DNA of 64,000 nt, from positions 179,550-243,549 of the IMG/VR virus record IMGVR_UViG_3300020045_006153; one strand, given 5' to 3'. The notes under the pieces are model-generated. The model saw nothing but the letters and a program-made list of their open reading frames with translations. It was not told the origin of the DNA and made no database searches. Every line of letters begins with the position of its first letter. Within the stretch, counting starts at the first letter, position 1. Below, one piece after another: positions 1 through 9,312 of this stretch. The position numbers were made by a program, and so were the translations under genes. Source of the DNA: a virus. Lineage: Duplodnaviria; Heunggongvirae; Uroviricota; Caudoviricetes.

Positions 1-1028
1 TCTCAAACAGTACGGCACCGGAAAAACCAATTACTGGTCAATTGTGGTATGACACGTCTGAACAAATTTTAAAATTGTATGATGGCTCTATTTTTAGAAG
101 TATTTCTGCTAGTGTAGTATCGGCAGATCTTCCTTCTTATAGTGCAGTTAACGTTGGTGATTTTTGGTGGGATACTCAAAACGGTGTGTTAAATGTGTTT
201 AGCGGTTCGGAGTTTATTTCGATCGGACCTAAAGTAACTGGCTTAGATAATTTTTTCCAATTTAATACAGTAATTGATAACACCGGGGATGTTGAAAATA
301 ACACGCATACAATAATCGAACACAAAGTTTATAATAGCCTTGTTGCAGTGGTTTCTACAAGTAGTTTCCACGTCGGAATAGGAAATCCAGTAGACGACAT
401 AGTGTATGATTCATCACAGTGGCAATGGCTAAGAAAAGGTATCACACTAGTCGGTGCTGATCCACTAACTGGTGTTTCTTCGAATGGAATTGATTCTGGT
501 GCATTGTTATGGGGAACCGCAGCAGATGCACTTTCTATCAATGGTATGGCGGCATCAACTGCTACAGTAAATAATTCTATTGTATCTAGAGGCAACGCTG
601 GCGAAGTGTATGCAACAACGTTTCATGGTACTGCAACATCGGCATTATATGCAGACCTTGCAGAACGATATCATGCTGATGCAATTTATGACGAAGGTAC
701 TGTTCTTGTAATAGGCGGACTAAATGAAGTCACAGTTACAAGCGAACATGCTAATGTAGCAGTGGCAGGAATAGTAAGTAAAAAACCAGCATTTATGATG
801 AATTCAGGTGCAGGAACCGACGAAACTCACCCTTTTATTGCGTTAAAAGGTCGAATTCCGTGCAAAGTATCTGGTACTGTATTAAAGGGTGATATACTAG
901 TAACTAGTACAATTCCAGGATATGCTTGCGTTGCTGATTTAAATCATGCTGTGCATCCTGCTGCTATAATTGGAAAAGCCCTGGAAAGTAATTCACAGGG
1001 CTTTGGGATAATCGAAGTTAAAGTCTAA
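1..1028 (+). CDS. Tail fibre/baseplate-associated protein, 5'-truncated, with C-terminal intramolecular-chaperone-like domain
   Basis: Frame is open from the window start (SNSTAPEKPITGQLWYDTS). The GQLWYDT/GDFWWDT motifs are shared with the fibres at 40296 and 42065. C-terminal ADLAERY...GRIPCKV...GDILV...IIGKALE domain is typical of phage fibre C-termini. Confidence 0.7.
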   Translation, partial: SNSTAPEKPITGQLWYDTSEQILKLYDGSIFRSISASVVSADLPSYSAVNVGDFWWDTQNGVLNVFSGSEFISIGPKVTGLDNFFQFNTVIDNTGDVENNTHTIIEHKVYNSLVAVVSTSSFHVGIGNPVDDIVYDSSQWQWLRKGITLVGADPLTGVSSNGIDSGALLWGTAADALSINGMAASTATVNNSIVSRGNAGEVYATTFHGTATSALYADLAERYHADAIYDEGTVLVIGGLNEVTVTSEHANVAVAGIVSKKPAFMMNSGAGTDETHPFIALKGRIPCKVSGTVLKGDILVTSTIPGYACVADLNHAVHPAAIIGKALESNSQGFGIIEVKV

Positions 1029-1897
1029 ACTGCCATCGGCGCTTTGATTGCATCATAGCATTGATAGTTTATTAAAGAAATGTCACTCATTTCAAATTCA
1101 GTAATAACATCGATTCCTTCATTTAATTGAAGAGTGGGTAACGGTAGCGGCGCTCTGGCAAGTTGTTCTTTTACCTGATCAATGTGATTGTCATATATAT
1201 GAGCGTCTCCGATTACAATCGTAAGTTCGCCTACTTCTAGTCTACACACTTGTGCAAGCATGTGAGTAAACAACGCATACGATGCAATGTTAAAAGGCAA
1301 CCCTAAAAACATATCAGCAGATCGTTGATACATTTGACAACTCAATCTTCCATTATTTACATAAAATTGACTCATTACATGGCAAGGAGGCAACGCCATA
1401 AGTTCAAGTTCACCAGGATTCCATGCTGAAATAATATGCCGGCGACTGTAAGGATCTTCTTTAATACCTTCAATTAACGAAAGCAGTTGATCATGATTTT
1501 GAAGAACAACCTTATTAATACGAACAAGAGGAGCACGCCATCTACGCCACTGTACTCCGTATACTCGGCCTAGGTCACCAGGATGGCGTTGGAGTCGCTT
1601 TTCAGTCCATGCCTTTGCCAAAGCATTAGCAGTCCAGATAGTTTTTTTATCAGAATATCGTTCACCGTGTAATATTTCACGCAACCGATACTCATCTCCG
1701 CTGCCTTCAATAAACCATAGTAGTTCAGACTTCATTGCATCAAATGCAAGTTTCTTTGTAGTAACTGCCGGAAACCCCTCAGTAAGATCAAATTTTAATT
1801 GAATTCCAAATTTAGAAGTAGTGCCTGTTCCGGTTCTATCTGGGCGATGATCGCCGGTTTCTAAGACATCGCGCAATGCGTCTTGTAGTTGTTTCAT
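1025..1897 (-). CDS. thyA: Thymidylate synthase
   Basis: DRTGTGT, ELLWFI, YGVQWR, catalytic LPPCH, YQRSADMFLGLPFNIASY, GDAHIY and C-terminal MAV. Confidence 0.98.
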   Translation of the reverse strand: MKQLQDALRDVLETGDHRPDRTGTGTTSKFGIQLKFDLTEGFPAVTTKKLAFDAMKSELLWFIEGSGDEYRLREILHGERYSDKKTIWTANALAKAWTEKRLQRHPGDLGRVYGVQWRRWRAPLVRINKVVLQNHDQLLSLIEGIKEDPYSRRHIISAWNPGELELMALPPCHVMSQFYVNNGRLSCQMYQRSADMFLGLPFNIASYALFTHMLAQVCRLEVGELTIVIGDAHIYDNHIDQVKEQLARAPLPLPTLQLNEGIDVITEFEMSDISLINYQCYDAIKAPMAV

Positions 1898-2382
1898 TTT
1901 TTATATTCTTTTATAATGTAAGCAGGAGTAGTGTCAGTGGCAGTAAATTGTAGCAGTTCACGGCTTAATACGCAATTATCTTGGACATATTTCAAATTAA
2001 AAAATTTGTCACAAGTGTACAGTTGATCGATCTCAGTAACATGAAATACATCAATCAATTCCTTAACACTATCATATAGTGCTTGACCTCCAATTACATA
2101 AATCTCTTTGCCGGCGAATCGCGTCGTTAACTCAGCAATTGCATCAATTGGATCTGAATACGTTAGGTCTGCTGCAACTTGTAAACTGGAACTAATAACA
2201 ACATTTAATCGATTAGGCAATCGATTGCCTAAACTTTTCCAAGTTGCAGCCCCCATTACTACAATATTATTTGTAGTTTGTTCCTTAAACCATTTCATGT
2301 CGCCCGGCAAACGAGGCCATGGCATTTGACCATTAAATCCAATGCCATGGCCTTTTTCTACTGCAACTATGCAATGGATCAT
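1894..2382 (-). CDS. folA: Dihydrofolate reductase
   Basis: GIG..GQMPW..LPGDMKWFK, VVMG..TW.S, LPNRLNVVIS, VIGG..LY, CDKFF; overlaps thyA by 4 nt. Confidence 0.95.
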   Translation of the reverse strand: MIHCIVAVEKGHGIGFNGQMPWPRLPGDMKWFKEQTTNNIVVMGAATWKSLGNRLPNRLNVVISSSLQVAADLTYSDPIDAIAELTTRFAGKEIYVIGGQALYDSVKELIDVFHVTEIDQLYTCDKFFNLKYVQDNCVLSRELLQFTATDTTPAYIIKEYKK

Positions 2383-3017
2383 GCAATATCTGATACAACC
2401 GCAGTCTTCTTAGACTTAGGAGGATCTTGTGCATCTGCATTCTTACGTAGAGCAGCGGCTTCTTTGTATAATGCATCAGCACGACTACGCATTTCTGCTG
2501 GAGACATTTCAAGAGTTTCATTTACTGACGTGCGCGAATTAGTAACAACAGAAACTGGTGTAGTAACTGTTGCGTTAGCAGTGCCATCACCTATTGCAAC
2601 TTCTGATACAGATACTTTTGAACGAGATCGAGCAGACCCGTCATTTACTGCAAGATCTTCAACACGAACATTCTTTTGTTTTGCAATAATAACATTTAGT
2701 TCGTCGAGTGGAATTTGTGTCTGGCTATCGGGCGTTACTAACACTGCATTAGTAGCAACTTTCTTCAAATGGCCATTTGCATGCAAAAACCCTAACATAA
2801 CGGAGCCGTCTGGAAACTTACGAACTGCAAGAATATCTGCAAGTTCGTTTGCCTGTTGGGCAGCGTCATGCTCGATCAACGACATCAATGTGTCGTGATA
2901 ACTATCACCCAATCCTTGTGTTCCAACAACTAAACAGTTATTGGGTTCGCCGGGCAGTGTGCGATATACGATCACTACTCGTGCTGAATTGTTTTTCATT
3001 TTACCTACGTGTTTCAT
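2379..3017 (-). CDS. Hypothetical phage protein
   Basis: 212-aa ORF coupled to folA; SD AAGGA upstream. Confidence 0.75.
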   Translation of the reverse strand: MKHVGKMKNNSARVVIVYRTLPGEPNNCLVVGTQGLGDSYHDTLMSLIEHDAAQQANELADILAVRKFPDGSVMLGFLHANGHLKKVATNAVLVTPDSQTQIPLDELNVIIAKQKNVRVEDLAVNDGSARSRSKVSVSEVAIGDGTANATVTTPVSVVTNSRTSVNETLEMSPAEMRSRADALYKEAAALRKNADAQDPPKSKKTAVVSDIA

Positions 3018-3027
3018 TTTTGTTTCC

Positions 3028-3252
3028 TTATGCTGCTGGTGTTGCAGATTCGTCTGGCTGTGTTACACTCGGTGCAACTGCCTGTAGAAATGCATTCAAT
3101 TTATTGAATACAGTACCTACTGCTTCCATCTCTGCGGCTTGAAATGCGCCACGGCGGGATGCAACATCGATTACAGCACGGATGTTCTGTAGATCAATAA
3201 TTGTAAGTTCAGTAGGGATCGGGCCGCCTGCTGGTTGTGTTTGTTCTGTCAT
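3028..3252 (-). CDS. Hypothetical phage protein
   Basis: 74-aa ORF, SD AGGAG, in operon. Confidence 0.75.
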   Translation of the reverse strand: MTEQTQPAGGPIPTELTIIDLQNIRAVIDVASRRGAFQAAEMEAVGTVFNKLNAFLQAVAPSVTQPDESATPAA

Positions 3253-3265
3253 TTTTTTTCTCCTG

Positions 3266-3547
3266 TTATTTCATATGTAAGAACGGACAAGATAGACCAA
3301 GTATAGTTAGTTCTCTTTTGTCTTCAATGCCGATCTCACATACATCGATTATTTTTCGTTGGCCATCAAGTCCTTGTTTAAGCACAACACAATAACGACT
3401 GTTTAAGTTATTATAGATCCATTGATCAATCTTGTCAGCATGTTGTGTACCCAAAAAATTTAGTGTACCAAAATGCTGCGGGATATAAGACAACCTACGT
3501 TGCCCTATAACATTCAATGGATTAATTGTACCTTTACCTAAAGACAT
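3266..3547 (-). CDS. Hypothetical phage protein
   Basis: 93-aa ORF tiling the operon. Confidence 0.7.
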   Translation of the reverse strand: MSLGKGTINPLNVIGQRRLSYIPQHFGTLNFLGTQHADKIDQWIYNNLNSRYCVVLKQGLDGQRKIIDVCEIGIEDKRELTILGLSCPFLHMK

Positions 3548-3559
3548 AATATACCTACT

Positions 3560-4747
3560 TTATTTATAATATGCAGTCTCACCGAAGGGAGATTTGATCT
3601 TATCAGTACCGTGAATAATAAACAATGTATCACAGTAATCTTCTTCACCCCACGATCCATACGGATATCCATCTGTAAACATAATAAATTTTTTAGGTTC
3701 AATATTATTCTTATGCATAAAGTCCCAGTTAGATTGAAAGTTAGTACCGCCGCAATTCCTTACATGATATTCTGCAATCTCAGAAGCGTTATCCTGTGTA
3801 AATTGTTTGTAATTATCTACATCGTCACCGAAACACCACAAGTCTAGTTTAAATTCAGGATATTCATCCATTATACCTTTAATCTCAGATATAAAATCAT
3901 TTGCTTGTTTTGGAGATATACTTCCACTCATATCAACTGCTGCACAAATATCAACTGCTTCGTCAGTTGTCATTCCTGGTAAAATTGCACCACAATGTTG
4001 ACTTTTACGATTAGGACGAGTAAAGGAATAATTGCTACGAACAATGCTTTGAATATTCATACGCAACAATTCACGCCAATCCATTTTTGGTTCTGTAAAT
4101 TCAGAGATCAACCGCTTAATAGAATCTGGCATTTTTCCAGGACCAGCGCTCTGCGCAGCAGAAATCATTGCTTCTTTGATTTCGTCTCGAATAGCCTTTT
4201 GCTCTTCGGGTGTCATATCACTAAAATCGATATGCTCATCAAACTCTTCACCTGGAGGCTGTTGTTCAGCATCTTTCATTAAATGGTCATAAATCTTTTC
4301 AAATGCCCAATCACGATATTTGTCATCCTGATAAATTTGCATAAATTCAGGAAACGTTCCGATCTTCTCATCTTTACAAATTTGATTTACTGCATAGTCT
4401 GCTGCAATATTTGCAATACGAGGATTTCGATTACCACGGCGACCGCCGTGGTCAAACACATTATGAAACACTTCGTGGGCAAACCCAAACTCAGCAACTT
4501 TAGGCTTACATTGTAATACAAAACCAATGTTATAGAAAAAGTTGCGTCCATCAGTTGCAATAGTTCCACACCATGTACTTGCATTTACAAGTTTCAATCG
4601 TGTTGCCATATTGCCGAAGAATGGATGACGTAGCAGTAATCCAATTCGGGCAGTAACTAGTTTTTCAATTGCTTTGTTGTTATCTGATTCAGAATACTCT
4701 TTAATAAGAGATTTAAATTTTGATTTATTTGTTTCAGTTGTTGCCAT
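3560..4747 (-). CDS. Metallopeptidase-like (HExxH) + VWA domain protein (DUF2201-type MoxR partner)
   Basis: TIATDG, HEVFH zincin motif, NIAADYAVN; MIDAS DMSGS...GGT...FTDGY; adjacent to a MoxR ATPase. Confidence 0.88.
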   Translation of the reverse strand: MATTETNKSKFKSLIKEYSESDNNKAIEKLVTARIGLLLRHPFFGNMATRLKLVNASTWCGTIATDGRNFFYNIGFVLQCKPKVAEFGFAHEVFHNVFDHGGRRGNRNPRIANIAADYAVNQICKDEKIGTFPEFMQIYQDDKYRDWAFEKIYDHLMKDAEQQPPGEEFDEHIDFSDMTPEEQKAIRDEIKEAMISAAQSAGPGKMPDSIKRLISEFTEPKMDWRELLRMNIQSIVRSNYSFTRPNRKSQHCGAILPGMTTDEAVDICAAVDMSGSISPKQANDFISEIKGIMDEYPEFKLDLWCFGDDVDNYKQFTQDNASEIAEYHVRNCGGTNFQSNWDFMHKNNIEPKKFIMFTDGYPYGSWGEEDYCDTLFIIHGTDKIKSPFGETAYYK

Positions 4748-4761
4748 AATACTATATTATT

Positions 4762-4783
4762 AAATAGCCCTCACGGGCTATTT
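4762..4783 (-). terminator. Hairpin / probable intrinsic terminator between the MoxR and VWA genes
   Basis: Perfect 9-bp stem AAATAGCCC-GTGA-GGGCTATTT (GNRA loop); U-tract is short. Confidence 0.55.
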
Positions 4784-5865
4784 TATTGTTCCATTGCAGT
4801 AATGATTAGTTTGCCATATTTTTCATGAAAGTCGTCAAAATATTTCATTTTAGATGGATCAAATGGCAAATCGTAATTTGTCAATGCAACCTTTGCCCCC
4901 ATAACTGTTAGTTCAGTTGGGAAGTTATCCATCATGAAACGAAGGAAGTTGTCTGACATTGCATCCCAATCTTTAGCCTTAAGGCGATCAGATTCTTTCA
5001 ATTCATAGCACATGCTGATAGCCAAAGAATACATTGCTGAAATTTCTTTGATAGTAGTCTTTGTAACTTTACCAGTCAGCACATCTACCGGATTAGGCAT
5101 TTGCTTTGCAATTTCGCGATGCTTCATAAACTTAACTGCAAGGCCTTCACCAATTGCTCCGGCAACTAGGTCAGTCAACGTACCGTCATCGACGTCGTTA
5201 TCCTTAAGCAACTCACTTACAAATACCCAAGAACGGGGAGTTGCAAAGGAGCGGGTTGCTGCGCGTGGATCAAAGTCATACAAATCAGATTTTGAAAAAG
5301 ACAAGTAACCAACTACTTGTTCGTGAATATTAACATTTGTTGCCCATTGCAACCAATCTGCAAAGTCAGTACGCATTTCTAAGTGAACGAACCGATTCGC
5401 TAAAGGAGCTGGCATACGATACGTAACGCCTTTATCAGTTTCTCGATTGCCTGCTGCAATAATCGAAACACCCTTTGGTAATACATAAGTACCAACCCGA
5501 CGATTAAGAATGAGTTGATACGCTGCTGCCTGTGTTGCAGGTGCTGCACTGTTCAATTCATCTAAAAACAAAATGTCTGTTGATTCTGGATCTGTTGGAA
5601 ATTCCATTGGAGGAGCCCAACACATTGTATTCATTGTCGGATTGTAATACGGCATCCCTTTAATGTCAGTAGGATCCCAAAGTGACAATCGAATGTCAAT
5701 AACATTTCTATTTGATTCTGCGCCCAACTGATGAGCAATATCAGATTTACCAATGCCAGGTGCTCCCCAAAGGAATGCCGGGCGATTGATACGAATACAC
5801 TTGCGAAGTGCTCGCTTCGCTTCGTTTGGACTTACTGTCCGATTGATGGAAATTGCTTCTGCCAT
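4783..5865 (-). CDS. MoxR-family AAA+ ATPase
   Basis: Walker A GAPGIGKS, Walker B LFLDE, AAGN sensor, PLANRF arginine finger, TPRSW. Confidence 0.92.
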   Translation of the reverse strand: MAEAISINRTVSPNEAKRALRKCIRINRPAFLWGAPGIGKSDIAHQLGAESNRNVIDIRLSLWDPTDIKGMPYYNPTMNTMCWAPPMEFPTDPESTDILFLDELNSAAPATQAAAYQLILNRRVGTYVLPKGVSIIAAGNRETDKGVTYRMPAPLANRFVHLEMRTDFADWLQWATNVNIHEQVVGYLSFSKSDLYDFDPRAATRSFATPRSWVFVSELLKDNDVDDGTLTDLVAGAIGEGLAVKFMKHREIAKQMPNPVDVLTGKVTKTTIKEISAMYSLAISMCYELKESDRLKAKDWDAMSDNFLRFMMDNFPTELTVMGAKVALTNYDLPFDPSKMKYFDDFHEKYGKLIITAMEQ

Positions 5866-5909
5866 TAATTACTTTCTAAAGATGTTAAACAACGTTATGC
5901 TGTTTAATA

Positions 5910-5938
5910 AGTATACACTAAAAAGTATGTTATGTCAA
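5910..5938 (-). promoter_or_regulatory. sigma70-type promoter for the MoxR-VWA-folA-thyA operon
   Basis: TTGACA-N17-TATACT. Confidence 0.8.
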
Positions 5939-6316
5939 TGATCGCTTGCTAGATCTGTCTTTTGCTTTGCCAAATCTGTTTAGATCGCCGGAAAATAGTA
6001 TTAATTGTACTGCTACTTTCTCTCTCGACACATAAATCGAGTGCTTATCAATGTAATACGGACAGTCAATAAATTTGTCTAGCCAAATTACCGTGTTATT
6101 AGTGTAACGCATTGTATCAAGAAAATCAATTCTATAAAACTTTAGATGCTTTGATAGAACAGTGTATCCGTTAGTTGTTAACGCATAACTGCGCTCGCCG
6201 TTATTTCGACGATTCATCCACCAGTGCCGACTAAGTGCATCGATCTCAAGTGAAGTACTCGCAGGTAGTCCTTCTGCATCGGCAAAATGTTTTGTTAAGC
6301 GAAGTTTTACGTCCAT
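5930..6316 (-). CDS. Hypothetical phage protein
   Basis: 128-aa ORF overlapping the upstream gene's stop. Confidence 0.7.
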   Translation of the reverse strand: MDVKLRLTKHFADAEGLPASTSLEIDALSRHWWMNRRNNGERSYALTTNGYTVLSKHLKFYRIDFLDTMRYTNNTVIWLDKFIDCPYYIDKHSIYVSREKVAVQLILFSGDLNRFGKAKDRSSKRSLT

Positions 6317-6591
6317 TTTTCTCCAGTTGTAAGTTTGTATACTGAAAAATCAGTACAATTAAATAATTTGTTTAATTTTTCTGAAAGGTTTAATGCGTGT
6401 CCTGCATTACTAAAACTAACTTTTTTATACTTTGGTCCTAATTGTTGTGCAACGATTGAACTAGTTTTTAAATTAACCGGTTTATCTTTGTAAAACACTG
6501 CCCAAATAGCATCTGCTTCTAAAACTTGTTCTGTTTTATAAGTTTTCTTGTTTGTAATCTCTAATAATATGTTGGGCTTAGGTCTGCTCAC
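6307..6591 (-). CDS. Hypothetical phage protein (start revised to GTG, MSRPKP...)
   Basis: GGAGA SD upstream of GTG at 6591; TAAATA at 6625-6620. Confidence 0.7.
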   Translation of the reverse strand: MSRPKPNILLEITNKKTYKTEQVLEADAIWAVFYKDKPVNLKTSSIVAQQLGPKYKKVSFSNAGHALNLSEKLNKLFNCTDFSVYKLTTGEKWT

Positions 6592-6619
6592 GATTGTATG
6601 TCTCCAAAAAGTACACACA

Positions 6620-6644
6620 TATTTATCAATTTTTAGCATAAATA
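6620..6644. promoter_or_regulatory. Back-to-back divergent TAAATA (late-type) promoters
   Basis: TAAATA on minus at 6625-6620 and on plus at 6639-6644, each preceding a gene start. Confidence 0.6.
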
Positions 6645-6649
6645 GTAGC

Positions 6650-6889
6650 ATGAAACTATTTGAACTATTTGAAGGCAGAGTAAGTGACAAACTTATCCTA
6701 GATAAAGAATGGGAAAAACAAAACGGGCCGCAGCCCGAACCATCGCCTCCGGTAAGACAAATGAATTATATTGTTACTATTAATAGCAAACCCTGGAAAG
6801 AGTTTGCTACAGAACCAGAAGCAATGAGAGTCGCTACCGCAATTTACAATAAAAACAGAAAGTTACGAGTTTCTGTAACCCCTAAGTAA
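6650..6889 (+). CDS. Small protein with MKLFELFE N-terminus (candidate capsid-internal protein)
   Basis: ATG 5 nt after TAAATA; fits exactly between two minus-strand genes. Confidence 0.65.
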   Translation: MKLFELFEGRVSDKLILDKEWEKQNGPQPEPSPPVRQMNYIVTINSKPWKEFATEPEAMRVATAIYNKNRKLRVSVTPK

Positions 6890-6890
6890 A

Positions 6891-7118
6891 TTACAACGAT
6901 CCACCGTCCATTTTAATAGAAATTGCAGGCTCGGATTCGCGTGGGGCTGTTAGGATCTTATCTAAATCACCTGCAATACGTGTCATTGCCACAGCAATGC
7001 TATCGTGCAACGATTGAACTTCAGCAATAGATAAAGTCAGATTCTTTTGCTTGCTTTTAATAGCAATCCTTGCTTTATCTAGAAATTGTTCAATCGGAAG
7101 AGTGTTCATTTGTTTCAT
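6891..7118 (-). CDS. Hypothetical phage protein
   Basis: 75-aa ORF (start 7118 or 7109). Confidence 0.65.
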   Translation of the reverse strand: MKQMNTLPIEQFLDKARIAIKSKQKNLTLSIAEVQSLHDSIAVAMTRIAGDLDKILTAPRESEPAISIKMDGGSL

Positions 7119-7596
7119 TTTTGTTTACTTGATTCAATGCAGTTTTCATGTCTGCTTCTGTTTTAAATGGACCTTGGAACGGATATCGTTCAAGTGTTAT
7201 TAATTTTGGGCAAAAACTTTTAACCCAACCTTTGCGGAATTGAATAACATAGTAACCTGCACAATATAAACTTTTGCTCTTTGCACTTTTTGCATAAATT
7301 GGCAATTTTTTACGCACATTATAAACTGGATTAAACGGCTTACTACCGCAAGGATAATCGTAAATCGATCGAATCTCAGTACTTGAAATATTTGTTTTAA
7401 TTGATTTGATGCTATCTTTAAACAATTCTGCGCCAAACTTAGCCTTAACTTCAGATAGGTCTTGCAGTTCTACCTTTACACCCTTTCTAAAAAAAGCGTA
7501 ACCTTTCTTTTCTTTATTCAGTGTACCTAGTTTAGTACCGTCGTCTTCTACAATCCATACTTTATTAGGAATGATTACTTTAACTTGTGCGTTCAT
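7090..7596 (-). CDS. Hypothetical phage protein
   Basis: 168-aa ORF coupled to the exonuclease gene. Confidence 0.75.
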   Translation of the reverse strand: MNAQVKVIIPNKVWIVEDDGTKLGTLNKEKKGYAFFRKGVKVELQDLSEVKAKFGAELFKDSIKSIKTNISSTEIRSIYDYPCGSKPFNPVYNVRKKLPIYAKSAKSKSLYCAGYYVIQFRKGWVKSFCPKLITLERYPFQGPFKTEADMKTALNQVNKNETNEHSSD

Positions 7597-8587
7597 TTAT
7601 ATACCTTGCATTTAATGGTTCTGCGTAAGATTGAACTTGTTCGGAAATCTTCACAAGATCAAAAGATGCACAAAACTTTAACAAACGTACACCAACTTGC
7701 GGAATATTTTTCTCAGCAGTTGTTGCAGCGTCTATTGTCTCTTTAATGATAAGTTTAATATCATCAGGCTGGGCTGTCAAGTCGCATAACAGGACGTTTC
7801 TAGTATAATCTTCAAGGACCCGGTGTTCAACTGCTTCGTGATCAACCCATCGTTGTAACATCAGATTGTTCCACGCCCAACCTTTTGATTTTCGATCAGC
7901 AAATGCTTCTTGCAATCCGACTTTATTCTTTGTGCCTTTAACTCGAACACCCGGGTAAGCCGAGAAAATATTATCAGACGTATCACCACGGATGCACTTT
8001 AGGAAAAGTTCCCATTCTGGATCAGGCGCTGGCAAAATTTCTTTTGTCTTCTTATCCTTAACTGGTTTTCCTTTATCGTCAAAGAATCCGTTAATAGTAG
8101 CAGTAATGCCACTTACGCCGTTATATTGCTTTACATTATCTGCAATCAATTGTACATAGTCACCATCAGTACTAATAATAACATGATCGTCTTCTGGATG
8201 CATTTTAATAAATCCAGCGATAGTATCATCGGCTTCTAGTCTAGGGTTTTGAAGAACAGTACAGTTTGTTTTTTCAGTTACAAACTTTTTAAATTCGTCA
8301 AATGTTTCCCAAAATACTGCTTCTTCTTCTTGTTCTGCTGCTGTATGTTTCGAACGTGCATCAGAACGTTGACGCTTGTAAGGAGCATAAACTTCTTTAC
8401 GCCAACTACGCCCTTCTAGGTGAAACAAGACATGCGATCCTTTAAAGTCTCTCCATGCTTTTCTCACACTCATTAATACAGTTGATATACTCATGCCAAT
8501 CTTATCTTCTAGACTGCCGCGAATTGCGTGGCGAGCCCTGAAAAATGTGTTTGCAGTATCTACGTGTATAAATGTACGTCTTGTCAT
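7580..8587 (-). CDS. rnh: T4 RNase H-like 5'-3' exonuclease / flap endonuclease
   Basis: N-terminal HVD..N, SWRK..Y..YK..R, LEADD, IISTDGDYVQL, GDTSDNI (FEN/PIN fold). Confidence 0.92.
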   Translation of the reverse strand: MTRRTFIHVDTANTFFRARHAIRGSLEDKIGMSISTVLMSVRKAWRDFKGSHVLFHLEGRSWRKEVYAPYKRQRSDARSKHTAAEQEEEAVFWETFDEFKKFVTEKTNCTVLQNPRLEADDTIAGFIKMHPEDDHVIISTDGDYVQLIADNVKQYNGVSGITATINGFFDDKGKPVKDKKTKEILPAPDPEWELFLKCIRGDTSDNIFSAYPGVRVKGTKNKVGLQEAFADRKSKGWAWNNLMLQRWVDHEAVEHRVLEDYTRNVLLCDLTAQPDDIKLIIKETIDAATTAEKNIPQVGVRLLKFCASFDLVKISEQVQSYAEPLNARYINERTS

Positions 8588-9048
8588 TAAGAAACCTCAG
8601 CCTTTCCATTGCCTAAATTATTAAAATTGATGTAACCTGCTCCACGACGATCCATGTTAACATCTGCTTCTGCACCGATGTTTTTGCAAAGATCTTGGAA
8701 CCAGCGATCAACTAATTCTTCATCAGTTTCACCGTAGTATCCTGCATCGCGTAATTGCATAATGAAGTATTCATTCCAATCAAGTTCAAAAAACCCATTG
8801 CGTGGATTGTCTTCATTAATCTTTGTATCTAGTACAGCAACGTATGGTTCTTTCTTTTCCGTTGCAATTTCCTTAGGAGATTGTTTTGCGATACGTTCTG
8901 CTTCAACTGCAGATTCTTCTTCTTGCTTTGCAGAAAGTGCAATTTGAATTGACTCTTCCGTTTGCTGTTTTGCTGCCCGCATTTCCTCTGCTAAGTCGGC
9001 TTTGATTTTATCAATACCGGTAATTTTTTCAATCCATTTTTTTAACAT
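8587..9048 (-). CDS. Hypothetical phage protein
   Basis: ATG 9048 with GGAGA SD; GFFELDWNEYF core. Confidence 0.75.
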   Translation of the reverse strand: MLKKWIEKITGIDKIKADLAEEMRAAKQQTEESIQIALSAKQEEESAVEAERIAKQSPKEIATEKKEPYVAVLDTKINEDNPRNGFFELDWNEYFIMQLRDAGYYGETDEELVDRWFQDLCKNIGAEADVNMDRRGAGYINFNNLGNGKAEVS

Positions 9049-9186
9049 TCTATCTCCAATATATTGTAGGCAAATTATCATTCCACGCATTTGCCACACT
9101 ACCTAACATTTCAACGATACGATATCCTCCGCCTATTTTCACAAGGATAGGATAAGTTTTATTATCCTCATATCGTGAAATAACTC

Positions 9187-9312
9187 TTATTGAGCCCGTG
9201 TGATCCGTAAACCAATGTACCATAAATCAATCCTTGCAAACCAATTATTGTTGTTTTTACCAAATCGTATCATCCTATTACCTTTATCTAAAGGTACTTT
9301 AGTAATTTGCAT
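9187..9312 (-). CDS. Small hypothetical protein (41 aa, MQITKVPLDKG...)
   Basis: Read manually; its start overlaps the queE stop (TAATG). Confidence 0.45.
   Translation of the reverse strand: MQITKVPLDKGNRMIRFGKNNNNWFARIDLWYIGLRITRAQ

Noticed and set aside
2278-2898. Long plus-strand ORFs antisense to real genes (also 9616-10086, 22534-22938, 28788-29414, 40300-40824 and others)
   Set aside because: Shadow frames of well-supported minus-strand genes, with no SD/promoter context or recognisable motifs
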